From contig OX597821.1 of assembly GCA_951406725.2 (NCBI GenBank), positions 33,914,001 through 33,978,000 on the forward strand: 64,000 nt of DNA, given 5' to 3'. This DNA is from Octopus vulgaris (Eukaryota). The translations under genes were made by a program, and so were the position numbers. Below are positions 11,210-23,659 of this stretch, in pieces. Each line of letters opens with the position of its first letter. The stretch's first letter is position 1. Under the pieces are notes generated by a model. It searched no databases. It was not told the DNA's origin and saw only the letters and a program-made list of their open reading frames with translations.

Positions 11210-12342
11210 CTTTATATGCCCATTCATTAAATTATAATATTGTATTTTCCAATTTACAAGTTGATGCAGTATACAAACACCCCCTTGAATTTCCACCAAA
11301 TGCACTAGATGACCGTCTGTTCAAACTATCTTTCTTTGACAACAGGTTCTGAAGCCTGGCTGGAATGAAGTTCCTGATTTCTCTATTAGGATTCTCTTTT
11401 ACTTATTTCAGTAATTTGACTGTGGCCATGCTGGAGCACCGCCTTTAGTCAAGGAAATCGACCCCAGGACTTATTCTTTGTAATCCAAGTACTTATTCTA
11501 TCGGTCTCTTTTGCCGAACTGCTAAGTCACAGGGACGTAAACACACCAGCATTGGTTGTCAAGCGATGTTAGGGGGACAAACACAGACACACAAACACAC
11601 ACACACATATATATATACATATATACGACGGGCTTCTTTCAGTTTCCGTCTACCAAATCCACTCACGAGGCTATAGTAGAAGACACTTGCCTAAGGTGCC
11701 ACGCAGTGGGACTGAACCCGAAACCATGTGATTTGTAAGCAAGCTACTTACCACACAGCCACTCCTCATTTTTCATCCCCAGTTACAATTCAACACCAAA
11801 AACAGGCATTTCAAGGATTTTCCACCATGTGTTTGCAAATGTTCACAATTCATTGAGCCTGGCCATTTGTCAGTTCACAAGCAACTTCTTGACAGCATCT
11901 TTTCACAAGGCCAAGGAGGTGTCGGTAGATGGTGTTTTGTGAAGGACCAAGTTCTATCAACAATATACAAGTGCTTGGGGTTGACACTTGTTCAACTATT
12001 TCAAGCAAGGTCTCATCTTCCACAACAGAGCATCTTCCTGACATTGGTTTGTCTTGGAGGCTGGTGTCAGCTTCCTTGAACTGTTTGAACCAATTTTGTG
12101 CCACATGTTCATTGAAAGTTTCTGGGCCTTCTACATCATTAATTTCTTTTGCCACTGCCTTCTCTACTCAATCCTTATATCCACTGGCAACATAAAATGG
12201 TTCTATATTACAATTTTTTCACCTCTCATTATCACAGGTGTAATCTAAAAAATAAAAAAATTAATGCTTATATGCTATATATGAAAATTAAAAAAATACA
12301 AAATACAGTAACAATTGGACAAGTTGTATCAGATTAATAATA
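11210..12342 (-). mobile_element. Decayed mariner transposon, split by a SINE
   Basis: HTH region (AQNWFKQFK..SLQDKPMSGR), IVTGDEK at ~11770-11790 and CIWWKFKGV at ~11280-11305. Probable TIR at ~12310-12340. Confidence 0.78.
11393..11767 (-). mobile_element. SINE family A, near full length
   Basis: tRNA-like head, (TA)/(TG) microsatellite and 3' domain; inserted in the mariner fossil. Confidence 0.82.
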
Positions 12343-12356
12343 TAACATGGAGATAC

Positions 12357-12978
12357 ATCATCATCATCGTTTAACATCCGCTTTCCATGCTAGCATGGGT
12401 TGGACGGTTTGACTGGGATCTGGGAAGCCAGAGGCTGCACCAGGCCCAGTCTGATCTGGCAGTGTTTCTACAGCTGGACACCCTTCCTAACACCAACCAC
12501 TCCGTGAGTGTAGTGGGTGCTTTTTACATGCCACTGGCACTGGTGTCAGACGAGGCTGGCAACGGCCCCGATCGGATGGTGCTTTTTACCTGCCACCGGC
12601 ACGGAGGCCAGTCAGGACGGCACTGGCAACGGCCATGTTCGGATGGTTCTCTTACGTGCCACCAGCACTGATATCACAACTACAATTTCCATTGATGTCG
12701 AAAGATTTCGATTTCGATTTTAATTTTCACTTGCCTCAACAGGTCTTCACAAGTAGAGCTTTGTGTCCCAAGAAGGAAAGGTATGCATAAGTGGACTGGC
12801 TACATCCCAGGTAGAGGCCACGGGTTATGGTCTCACTTGTCCTGCCGGGTCTTCTCACACACAGCATACTTCCAAAGGTCTCGGTCACTTGTCATTTCCT
12901 CGGTGAGCCCTAATGTTCGAAGGTCGTGCTTCACAACCTCGTCTCAGGTTTTCCTGGGTCTACCTCTTCCACATGTTC
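12357..12978 (-). mobile_element. RTE LINE 3' fragment (ORF end and 3'UTR)
   Basis: Matches 7541-8305; (CAT)n tail. Confidence 0.88.
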
Positions 12979-14866
12979 CACGAGTTGCCAAAAAAGTCAT
13001 CGGTGAAAATTAAAAAAAAACTGTGGATTCAACCTAGTAGCTCTATGTTTGAGCATGTTCTGGGGTCAGAACAACGTGAAATGGCAGAAATGTTGGGTCA
13101 ACAGTATGAAAGTGTCTTCAGTGAGCCATCTAAAACCATGAAGATCCATGACCCAGGAAAATTCTTCAAGGATATCGACCATACTAAACCTACCCTATCC
13201 GACATTGATTTCAACCCAGAAGACATAGCAAGAGCAATAGACAAGCTCTCCATGCACTCGGCTGCGGGGCCTGACGGTTTCAATGCCATGATACTTAAAA
13301 ACTGCAAGGCACAATTGTCGAAACCCCTTTACATGATATGGAGGGAATCTATAGAATGGCAAAATACCAAATACATATAAAGAAGCACACATAACTCCAA
13401 TACATAAAGGGGATAGCAAATCAAAACCAAAGAACTACCGACCAATCTCACTGACATCACACATTATCAAGGTCTTCGAAAGAATAGTTCGTGGAAAACT
13501 GGTTGAGTTCCTGGAATCCAACAATCTGATGAATTGCAACCAGCATGGATTCAGGTTAGGTAGATCATGCCTTTCCCAACTACTGGCATACCATGACCAA
13601 ATCCTAGAAAATCTAGAGAATGGATACAACACAGATGTTATCTACCTCGACTTTGCCAAGGCATTTGACAAGGTAGATCATGGCATCCTGGGTCACAAAC
13701 TTCGAAAGCTAGGAGTAGGAGGAAAAGTTGGTACATGGATACACGAGTTCCTTACAAATAGAACTCAAACAGTCACTGTGAATGGAACCCATTCAACACC
13801 ATCACCTGTGACCAGCAGTGTTCCTCAGGGTACAGTACTCGGCCCAATCCTGTTTCTCATCCTCATCTCTGACATAGATGAAGATACAACCAGCAACGTC
13901 TCATCCTTTGCTGATGACACCAGGGTCATGAGACAAATCAAAGACGAGGTGGATACAGAGGCCTTACAAAAGGACCTGACCACCATATATAAATGGCAGG
14001 AAACAAACAACATGTTGTTCAATGATAAGAAGTTTGAACTAATTCGCTACGGAACAGATCAAGATCTGAAAAATACAACAAACTACAGAAACCCATCAGG
14101 ACAACAAATAATGGAAAAACAGTATGTGAAAGATTTAGGCATCCACATGGGAACCAACCTAAAATTCAGAGAACACCTTGACTCAGTCTGTCTTACTGCA
14201 AGAAAGTACAGCGGGTGGATCTTGCGCACCTTCAAATCAAGAGATACCTCAACAATGAAAACCCTCTGGAACAGTATGATACTTCCGAGGATTGACTACT
14301 GTTCTCAGTTGTGGTCACCAACAACAAAGGGCCAACTATCTAAGATAGAATCGCTCCAAAGAAATTTTACCTCATACTTCTCAGAAACGAGGGACCTGGA
14401 CTATTGGCAAAGACTCAAAACCTTGAGGATGTACTCAATAGAAAGAAGATTTGAGCGATACCGAATTATATACATTTGGAAAATGATAGAGCAGAAGGTG
14501 CCAAACTTTGGTATCAAAACCTACCACTCACTGCGCCACGGAAGACGCTGCCAGCTGCCACCAATCAACAAAAAGGCTGGCCAGGCAGCAAAAACCCTGC
14601 GAGAATCAAGTCTGTTGGTTCGAGGAGCACAACTGTTCAACTCCATTCCGGTACATGTCAGAAATCTATCAGGATGCAGTGTGGAATCATTCAAATTGCA
14701 ACTGGATAGATACTTAAGCACCATTAGAGATGAACCCCATCTCCCAGGATATACACAACGAGCACAAACTGACTCAAACTCGCTCCTACACATGTCAAAT
14801 TTAAGCAGAGAATACAACCTGGCAACCACACCAGACTCTGAGGGTGGAGTCTTCGACTTGGCCTGA
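12979..14866 (+). pseudogene. CR1-type ORF2 reverse transcriptase with one frameshift near 13360
   Basis: SAAGPDG, NYRPISLTS, QHGFR..RSCLSQLL, YLDFAKAFDKVDH, VPQGTVLGP, FADDT and KDLGI motifs. Confidence 0.88.
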
Positions 14867-14910
14867 GCATGGACTCAAACCCAAATGAAATGAAATGAAA
14901 TGAAATGAAA
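12979..14910 (+). mobile_element. CR1-group LINE, 5'-truncated
   Basis: RT-encoding ORF2, very short 3'UTR and (AAATG)5 tail at 14883-14910. Confidence 0.88.
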
Positions 14911-15253
14911 AAGCAGTAAAAGCAATTGAAACTAGTGAGGATGATCTTTTATGAAGCCACAGAGAGAAACACAAAGGGTTTAATCAGTCATTATTTTGCA
15001 TAGAGTGGCTAGAAATGATTCATTACTAAAAACACACGCTTATATGTTTCTCTTACATCTCTGTCATCCTAACATATATAGCTTCACTTGATTAATTGAT
15101 TTATATGAGTATATATATGTGTGTGTGTGCATGTGTGCATATATATATATATATATAAATATATATGCATATATATACACACATATGTATATAAACACAT
15201 ACATACATATATATATGTATGTATATATATATAAATTTAAATATGTGTGTGTG

Positions 15254-15346
15254 TATATATATACACATATATACATACATGCATATCATCATCATCATCA
15301 TCATCATCGCTAAACGATGATGATGATGATGATATGCATGTATGTA

Positions 15347-15364
<18 letters not shown>
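15254..15364. repeat. Near-perfect ~110-bp palindrome centred on an RTE terminus
   Basis: ..TACACATATATACATACATGCAT(ATC)n-GCTAAAC-(GAT)nATGCATGTATGTATATATGTGTA.. Confidence 0.8.
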
Positions 15365-15415
<51 letters not shown>

Positions 15416-15491
15416 GTATGTGTGTATATATATGTATATATATTTATATTATATATATATATATATATACATATTTATATTATATATATAC

Positions 15492-15546
<55 letters not shown>

Positions 15547-16090
15547 TACACACACACACACACACACATTTATTAATATAGCAAAAATCTATAATTATTT
15601 AATAAGAACCTACATAAATAACAAATAAACAGATATAAGAATAATAAAATATCAGTAAATAAAAACAAAGAGAAATAAATTAATATCTTTTGTATGCCAG
15701 ATGACAAAGAACCCATATATCAAATGAATATCAATTAATTTATCAGTAATGAGCTTGGATTAAAGAATTTATTAAATGAATAGGCCACCCACCTCCTCTC
15801 TTCATAGGCTAACATACACTTCACTGAACATCCATAATATACTAAAAACTTATACACACACTTCACTGCATATCTGTAAGGCATCCATACTGACACACAC
15901 AAGTTTCATTACACGTTCATCATACACTGACTCTCATACACAGTATGATGCCTTGGGCAGACTACGCAATAATGTTTTGTGTCTCTCATTATACACACGT
16001 TCGCGTGTACTCTTGCTCTGTCCATGGCCTTTGCAGGCCCATCTGAAACTGGTGAGATTAAAAATAAGAGTAAAGTTCCTTCCCTTGTTA

Positions 16091-16275
16091 CCATATTTTA
16101 ATGTGTATAAGGAACCCTTGTGTATAAGGAACCCCCTAATTTGGGGAGCTTAAAATTTGGAAAAAAATATTTTGCAAGGGATTATAATACTATCCATGTA
16201 TAAGAAACTCCCATATTTTTTAAACCTAATTTTTGACTGAAAAAAAAAGGTTTCTTTATACATGTTGAAATACGG
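16091..16275. mobile_element. pogo/Tigger-like MITE
   Basis: TA|CCATATTTTAATGTGTATAAGGAACC...GGTTTCTTTATACATGTTGAAATACGG|TA. Confidence 0.72.
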
Positions 16276-16282
16276 TATATAG

Positions 16283-16777
16283 AGCCATAAGGCCGGTTTT
16301 TCTGTCTTCCATGGCAGATATATTTCCCACCTGGACAGAACATCAGCCCATTAGTACTCATTTTTTGCCAGCTGAGTGGACAGGAGCAATGTGAAATGAA
16401 GTGTTTTGCTCAAGAACTCAATGTATTGTCCAGTCCAGGAATTGAAACCACAATCTTATGATCATAGTCCAACATCCTAACCATTAAGCTACTACTAAAG
16501 GTAAGGTTATCTTCTTGAGTCATACTGACTCATAAGGGCCGGTTTCCCAGTTTCATGGCACATATATTCCTCACCTGGATGGGAGGCCAGTCCGTTTCAG
16601 GATTATTCATTTACAGGATTACTCAGGATTACTCATTTTTGCCAGCTGAATGGACTGGAGCAAAGTGGAATGAAGTGTTTTGCTCAAGAACACAATGTGT
16701 CACCAGTCCAGAAACTGAAACCACAATCTTTCAATCATGAGTCCAACATCCTAACCACTAAGCCATGTCCCTCCACA
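16283..16777 (-). mobile_element. Two tandem copies of tRNA-derived SINE family B
   Basis: Both are reverse-complement matches to 57572-57830. Confidence 0.72.
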
Positions 16778-17958
16778 CTGACTGATGATGAGATTAATGA
16801 TGTTAAAATTCCATTGGAGAGTGGCAAATTGATGGCTGATGGAAAAATATGTACAATGGGGGAATTCCAGAAGGAATGAGTATAGAATAGTTAGTGTAGA
16901 GCCTGCAATTGATGGGTATAATATGGGTGATAAGTGAAGGAGAGATTAGTAAATCAGAAAAAGCTGGATAGAGGTGGCATGAGGCGAGCCACCTCTGAGC
17001 TGATGAGGCCGTTATAGTTGCAGTAGGAAAGGTAGATGGAAATGTTTGCATGTCTGCAGGCCAGAGGTTAGAATGTGTTGGTGAGTGACTTTATGCCAAT
17101 AAGTCAAGTAACCTTTCTTTGAATGTAGTCTAGGACATTATCGACTTGCTAGAAGTAGGAGCATGCTCTATTGTGAGGTCTCATTTGAGTTTTCAAAAAG
17201 TTGCAGTATTTCCTGGTTCAGAAGAGAAAGGCTTGTCTTTGTGATGTAGTCTTTGTTATGTTGAATATGTGCTTTTACCAGAAAAGATCTTCGAAAGTTC
17301 TTATTGCGTGCTGGACATATTTAGTGGTGTTTGGGTGTGATAATCATACTAAATAAGAAACAGATGAGTGACTTATTGCTGATGTTTAGACCCAGATCTG
17401 CCTGGATCAAGTAGATTTACAATTAAACATCCCAGAATGACATTGTCCAAAATGCTGTCTCATTCAACAAATAAGCCTCCATATTTGACCAGTTAGAAAT
17501 AGCAACGAAATTCCTCTTATACCACATATTATCATCTTAAAAGCAGGAGGACACATTGGATAATGTGGTCCTTCCTGGATACATTGTCTGAAAAAAAAAG
17601 ATGGGAAAGTCATGTCTGGAATGCTTTTATCATAGATCTACTTGATCAAAGCTGACCTAAGATGTAGAGTGTGCTTTGTGGGAGATCAGGCTGCTATTTT
17701 TTTTTATACATATGTGAATGATATCCACAATTTCTTGACTTCAGTATCTTTCTGCTCAGATTTCCATAATTATTGATATCCATCAATGGGTGATGGTAAC
17801 TATTTGTCTCTGTTCTGCTATGAAAGGAGAAAATAGCAATGTAAGTGAAGTGTAGTGAATTAGTTCCAACAAGGATTTGTAACTGTTCCACAGATTTGGT
17901 ATGTCAAGAACTTTCCTGCACAGTATACTTACCAGATACAGGGAACCCCACCTCCCAC

Positions 17959-18345
17959 CTCATCATCATCATCATCATCATCGTTTAATGTCCGCTTTCC
18001 ATGCTAGCATGGGTTGGATGATTTTGACTGAGGGCTGGTGAGCCAGATGGCTGCACCAGGCTCCAATCTTGATCCGGCAGAGTTTCTTCAGCTGAATACC
18101 CTTTCTAACGCCAACCACTCCGAGAGTGTAGCGGGTGCTTTTTACGTGCCACTGGCACGGGGGCCAGTCAGGTGGCACTGGCAATGACCTTGCTCGAATC
18201 TTTTTACATGTGCCACTGGCACAGGTGCCAGTAAAGTGACGTTGGTAACGATCACGCTCGAATGGTGCCCTTTTACATGCCACAGGTATGGAAGCCAGTT
18301 GGCTGCTCTGGCAACGATCACGCTAGGATGGTGCTCTTGGCACCC
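17959..18345 (-). mobile_element. RTE 3'UTR fragment (second subfamily)
   Basis: (CAT)n tail and CCATGCTAGCATGG; closely similar to the reverse complement of 55090-55478. Confidence 0.8.
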
Positions 18346-18729
18346 CCACCCATAGCCATTAAATGCTCTTAAACACAACATACCATCTTAAGAAAGATAG
18401 CATGACTACAGCTGTCATCATAGCTGATTTGGAGCTAAACAGCATGAACGATGGGGGTCTAACTTTGTGAATAATACAACAAAAGGTTGCCCCAGTTTCT
18501 GGCAAGCCTAATTTATTATCATTGACATACAGGTGGGTTATTTACAAGAATCAAAGCAGTGATTAGGAAGAATTCACTAGTCAGTTGAGTCATATTTTCT
18601 TGACTCTGTTTATTTGAATGCATCTATTTACTTATTTAAGCTCATTGCTCCTTATGGAGTTAAGTCCATTGATAACGCATTCCTACTGTTCTTGACTCTG
18701 GGCTGTTTTCCTCTCAAGTCTTGTTGGTT

Positions 18730-20113
18730 TTAAATTGTCATCAACGAAGTGCTGAGCTCTGATCTCTCATTGTGAAGGGAACCTGTGGAAGGGATAGACT
18801 CAGGAAGGCATGGGTCAAGGTGATGAAATATGATCTTTGATTGTTGAGTGTCACAGAGGTAATGAAATGTGGCTGAGACTTCTGGCAATTTGCTGTACTT
18901 GACAAGACATGTTAAGCTAAGTGAATTGCGGTCATTGCCGGGGGCTAATGCAGTTTCACACCTCTCCTTGAAAAAATGCATTTTTTGAAATGCTTTTTTC
19001 AGATTCCTACGTTTTAGATGTTGGAGATTACGTGTATGCAAAAAGAAAAAAAAATTTTTAATCCCCACCACAACCACCACCACCACTCTCCCCTCTCATT
19101 TAAAATTTTGAACATTTTCGAAATTTTTTAACTCTATGTTTTAGATGCTGGAGGTTCCGGATATGCAAGAAACCACGTTTTGAAACTTATAAATTCAATA
19201 AGCATATAGATAGGTGTATAAAGAGATAGATATGAATGTTTTCCTGGGGCGAAAAACAACAGTAACACCGTCTTCCATAGGACCACCACATTTAGTTGAC
19301 AAATAAATTTTATGAATAAATGGATAAGGATAAATAGACAGACAAATAAATGGATGAAAAAGCCCAAAAGTGAAAATTGGGGAAAGGTGAAATTTGAGCC
19401 CCTTATTAAACTTTATAACATTAGTTATTAAATATGAATGTTTGTTTCTCATAAAATGGTGTAGATTTAATTTACATTATATTATTATTTACGATTAATT
19501 AAGTAAAACACAAGTAAAACACAGATTCTTCTCACTTTAATGTTTTCGTCTGTATTTAATTTCGATTAGCATATGTTAGTCAAATCGCTATGATATCTTT
19601 AAAGTAAGCAAAACCAAAAATTTAAATAGTGGGTGGGAAGATGAAATTTTTAAAAAATTGTTTTTTTGCGTATTTGTAATCTCCAACATCTGAAACAGAG
19701 GAACCTGAAAAAATTTTTTCCAAAAAATGCATTTTTCAAGGACAGATGCACAACTGCATTAGCCCCCATTGCCAGTACTATTGACACTTAAAAGGCACTT
19801 GTACCAGTGACATATAAGAGGTACCCATGCCAATGACAAGTAAAAGGCATCTGTGCCAGCGATGAGTAAAAGGAACCCATACCGGAGACATGTAAAAGGC
19901 ACTCTGCTGGTGACACACATTAAGCATCCTATGCCAGTGGAACACCCAGTACACTCTGTAAAGTGTTAAGAAGGGCATCCAGCAATAGAAGCCAAGCTGA
20001 AACAGATGATTGGAACCTGGTGCAGCTCTTCAGCACACCAGCCCCAGCCAAACTAATTTACCCATGCCGACATGGGAAATGGATGGATGGATGGATGGGT
20101 GGATAGATGATGA

Positions 20114-20132
<19 letters not shown>
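18730..20132 (+). mobile_element. Old RTE 3' fragment interrupted by a MITE
   Basis: GAAGGGAACCTGTGGAAGG (EGTCGR) at ~18775, degraded 3'UTR at 19768-20080 and (GAT)n tail. Confidence 0.65.
18940..19767. mobile_element. Non-autonomous DNA transposon with ~120-bp imperfect TIRs and 6-bp TSD
   Basis: ATTGCC|GGGGGCTAATGCAGTT...AACTGCATTAGCCCCC|ATTGCC. Confidence 0.88.
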
Positions 20133-20147
<15 letters not shown>

Positions 20148-20447
20148 GGTGGTGGTGGTGGTGGTGGTTGTGTGGTGGTGGTGGTGGTGGTGATGATGAT
20201 GATGATTGCTTCTGTAACTTTGCTTGTTACTAGGTAGGAGTGTTGTGTGCTTGCATGTGTTTGCCTTATTGCATAGTTGGATATCATGTGTAGCCTACAG
20301 TATACTATTAAACAACTTTGACCATTTTTTAGCTGTTCTAATTTCCAGGCAATGCTTCTCTAGGCATACCATTGCTTCTTTCTTTACGCTACTCTTTACC
20401 CACCTCCTTCCAACATCCTTCCTTGATCATCAACACGGTCTTGCTTA

Positions 20448-20969
20448 CCATAATTCCTTGAGTATAATCCGCATTTTTTTCCCAAAACTTTAAGGTCAAA
20501 ATCCCTAGTGCATACTATATACGAGGTTAAAAATGAAAAGTATTTTCTAAGCAATACCCGAGTCTCTATTTGCTGTCCGGCAATGTTTATTCAGACGCAT
20601 TTTGTGATGTTGGGCGCGAAAATACCTTAAGCTAAGCCTGAAAGCAATGAAGTCATAAAAGAATCATCCATAACTTGTGGTAAGCAACATTTATTAAAAT
20701 AAAAGTATTCAGAACACAGAATAACATGTAACAAAAACAATTTGCAAACATATTTACATTCCCATATAACAGTTAAGAACATCACCATTATTGTATTACG
20801 CATGCGCGGAAGTGTTTGTTCAACTAGGTGCTGCTGGCTTAATTACGCATGACTCAAGTTAGAGAAGGGGTGTGTATTATACACAAGGTTTAGGTTCTTC
20901 AGAGGTACATCCCCCTAAAAATCTCCTGCATATTATACTCAAGGGTGGACTATACTCGAGGATTTACAG
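20448..20969. mobile_element. pogo/Tigger-like MITE
   Basis: TA|CCATAATTCCTTGAGTATAATCCGC...GTGGACTATACTCGAGGATTTACAG|TA. Confidence 0.78.
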
Positions 20970-21767
20970 TAAACCTTTTAATACTGACCCACAAGGGACT
21001 GTCTCTGGATCTATGACACAAATTTCTTCTTTTAAATTGATCTAAATTAAAATCTTCCATAAAAATTTCCTGCTAATTATTATAAACACCAGGTTTACTG
21101 CTATGAGGTAAGAGCTTCAAACCAATATCAATGACAAAAGAAAATATTGAAAATGGCTTTTGAATTTCTTTCATAGTTAAAACTAAAATATTTACTGCTA
21201 TAAGAATATCTTTGCAAGGTAGAACTCTCTGGAAACAGTTAATCTGCATGTAGACAATAATAATTTTCTCTCTCTTCTCTTTTGATTACTAAACAACTAA
21301 GGTTCTACGAAGAATAATAAAATAAAAATAAATCTCAAAACAACATTCCATGAATTTCTTTCAGACTGGAATTATTTTCCATCTAAAAAAGAAATGTCTT
21401 GCTTTATAAAATGTTTAATTCATATACCTCAGGTTATGTCATGCTGTCAATTTCTAAACAAAAATGAAATGATGCTATATCTGGTTATCTATGACTGGAA
21501 CTTTTAAGACCTTTATAATAAGAAAAGGAAAATAAAAACCAATAAATTAATAAAAAATATTCTATGCATCTTGTTCTTTACCATTTTTACTGGCATGCAA
21601 GTCATTGTAGTATGCAGTGTAAATGTAGTGTAAACACTCAAATATTGTCACTATCTTTCCAAATCCAGCAGCATTTCACATGGAGTTTTTGGTCCTCCAA
21701 AATTTTCCACCTGAAAAGGTAGGTTGACTCCACAGGCAACCTATTTTTGGCCTGAAAATTCATCTCA

Positions 21768-22104
21768 CATCATCATCGTTTAGCGTCCGCTTTCCATGCT
21801 AGCATGGGTTGGACGGTTCAACTGGGGTCTGGGAAGCCAGGAGGCTGCACCAGGCCCAGTCTGATCTGGCAATGTTTCTATGGCTCGATGTCCTTCCTAA
21901 TGCCAACTAGTCTGTGAGTGTAGTGGGTGCTTTTTATGTGCCAGACGAGGCTGGCAAATGGCTACACTTGGATGGTGCTTTTTACGTGCCACCAGCATGG
22001 AGGCCAGTCGGGGCGGCACTGGCAACAGTCACATTCGGATGGTTCTCTTATGTGCCCCCGACACTGGTATCACAGCTACAATTTCCATTGATGTTGATCG
22101 ATTT
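21768..22104 (-). mobile_element. RTE 3'UTR fragment
   Basis: Matches the RTE 3' end; truncates a pogo-like MITE. Confidence 0.8.
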
Positions 22105-22495
22105 CTAAATTTAAACTTCTAATCTCATCAAATCTATGATGAGATGATTGTCTCCCTTGTACTAACTGGTCACTAGAAGAACTCCACATGTTTGAGTGAC
22201 AAAGTTATTTTTCTAAATTCTTTATTATTTTCAAAATTAACCAAGACTCAGTGTATTTCAACAGAAATAGAGTAACAATAGAATTAAAGCTGTGACCCAC
22301 GCCACCTTATCTGTTTCAGTCGTTATTTCCTCTCTTTTCATTTATTTCAGACCCTTTCATATTTACACTACCTGTCTTCTGGCTTTTATAATCCCCTTTC
22401 CATTCACCATTCACCATTTTCCAGCAGCCCAAGGAGACAACCTCACCTTTCCTCAATCTCTTCCATATTTTCAGACGAAGAGCAAGAACCTAAAG

Positions 22496-22787
22496 CAGTG
22501 GTTCCCAAAGTGGGTGATATTGCCTCCCCTGTGGGTGGTGGAAAGTTCCAATTTTCAGTTGAAGAAAAGTAATTCATGTAAAATATGGGGCAATAATAGG
22601 GTAGCGATTCATGCAAAATCAACAAAATAATGGGTTTGCTAGGTTACGTTTTATTTGTGAAATGCAGCTGCTTTGAAATTGTTTCAGAAAAAGGTCTATG
22701 TCTGTGATGGTTACTTGGGGTGGTGCCTCTAGGAATGTGGCCTGGGTGTCAAGGGGGCGACAGTCCAGAAAAGTTTGGGAACCACTG
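22496..22787. mobile_element. hAT (Charlie/Buster-type) MITE
   Basis: TIR CAGTGGTTCCCAAA / TTTGGGAACCACTG; 8-bp TSD ACCTAAAG / ACCTAGAG. Confidence 0.9.
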
Positions 22788-23220
22788 ACCTAGAGCACTA
22801 GATTCTTCACTCTATATAACAATTAGAACTTAACGAACTCATGTACAAGTATGGGGTGGTAATTATTTAGCTCCTATGTTTATGACAGTCATTCCTGGGA
22901 TTGGATTTAAATCCTGCCCTAGTTGTTGCTACATTATTTGCCTGAACTCTGATGAAACATCAAAACCCTTTCATGATAGAATTATCCTATGCCGACCCCT
23001 ACCACCAAGTAAGAGGAATAATTTGTGGAAGGGCTTCATTGTTCTGTTCAGTTAGCCCCCTTTTTGCTACATCTTAACACATTATTAATCTGGCCATTAT
23101 TGATCGCTATTAGTGATTATTTGCAGGAAAGGTCAGATCAATGGATCGATTGATTGGCTGATAACACTGACATTCTCTTAAAATAGTTAATTATCCCTTT
23201 CTCTCTTATGTGTTCTCTGT

Positions 23221-23260
<40 letters not shown>

Positions 23261-23659
23261 CTCTTTGTTTCTGTCATTTTCTTAGTCATTTTTCTGTCTA
23301 GCATCCTCTTCTCAATTGCTCCTATTCTCTTTCTCTTTCTCTCTCTGTCTGTCTCTCTTTCTCTCTCTGTCTTTATTTCTCTGTCTCTCCCTCTTTCACT
23401 CTCTGTCTCTGTCTCTCTTTCACACACACTCATGCACACACATATACACACTCACACACACACACAGATACGCAAACATTCGGATACATGCGCACACACA
23501 CACACAAACATATTCCCATCTACCTACCTACCTATTTGCCTACACATACCCTTTCCTCTATCTTCATGCAACTCTCATATTGTCTTTGTTTCTTTCTCCC
23601 CTATTTTCTCTCACTCTCCCCTAAATTATGTTACTTTCTCTTTATCTATTACTATCACA

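Noticed and set aside
16995-17040. CTGATGA...GAAA
   Set aside because: Stems I and II do not pair; this is a chance match.
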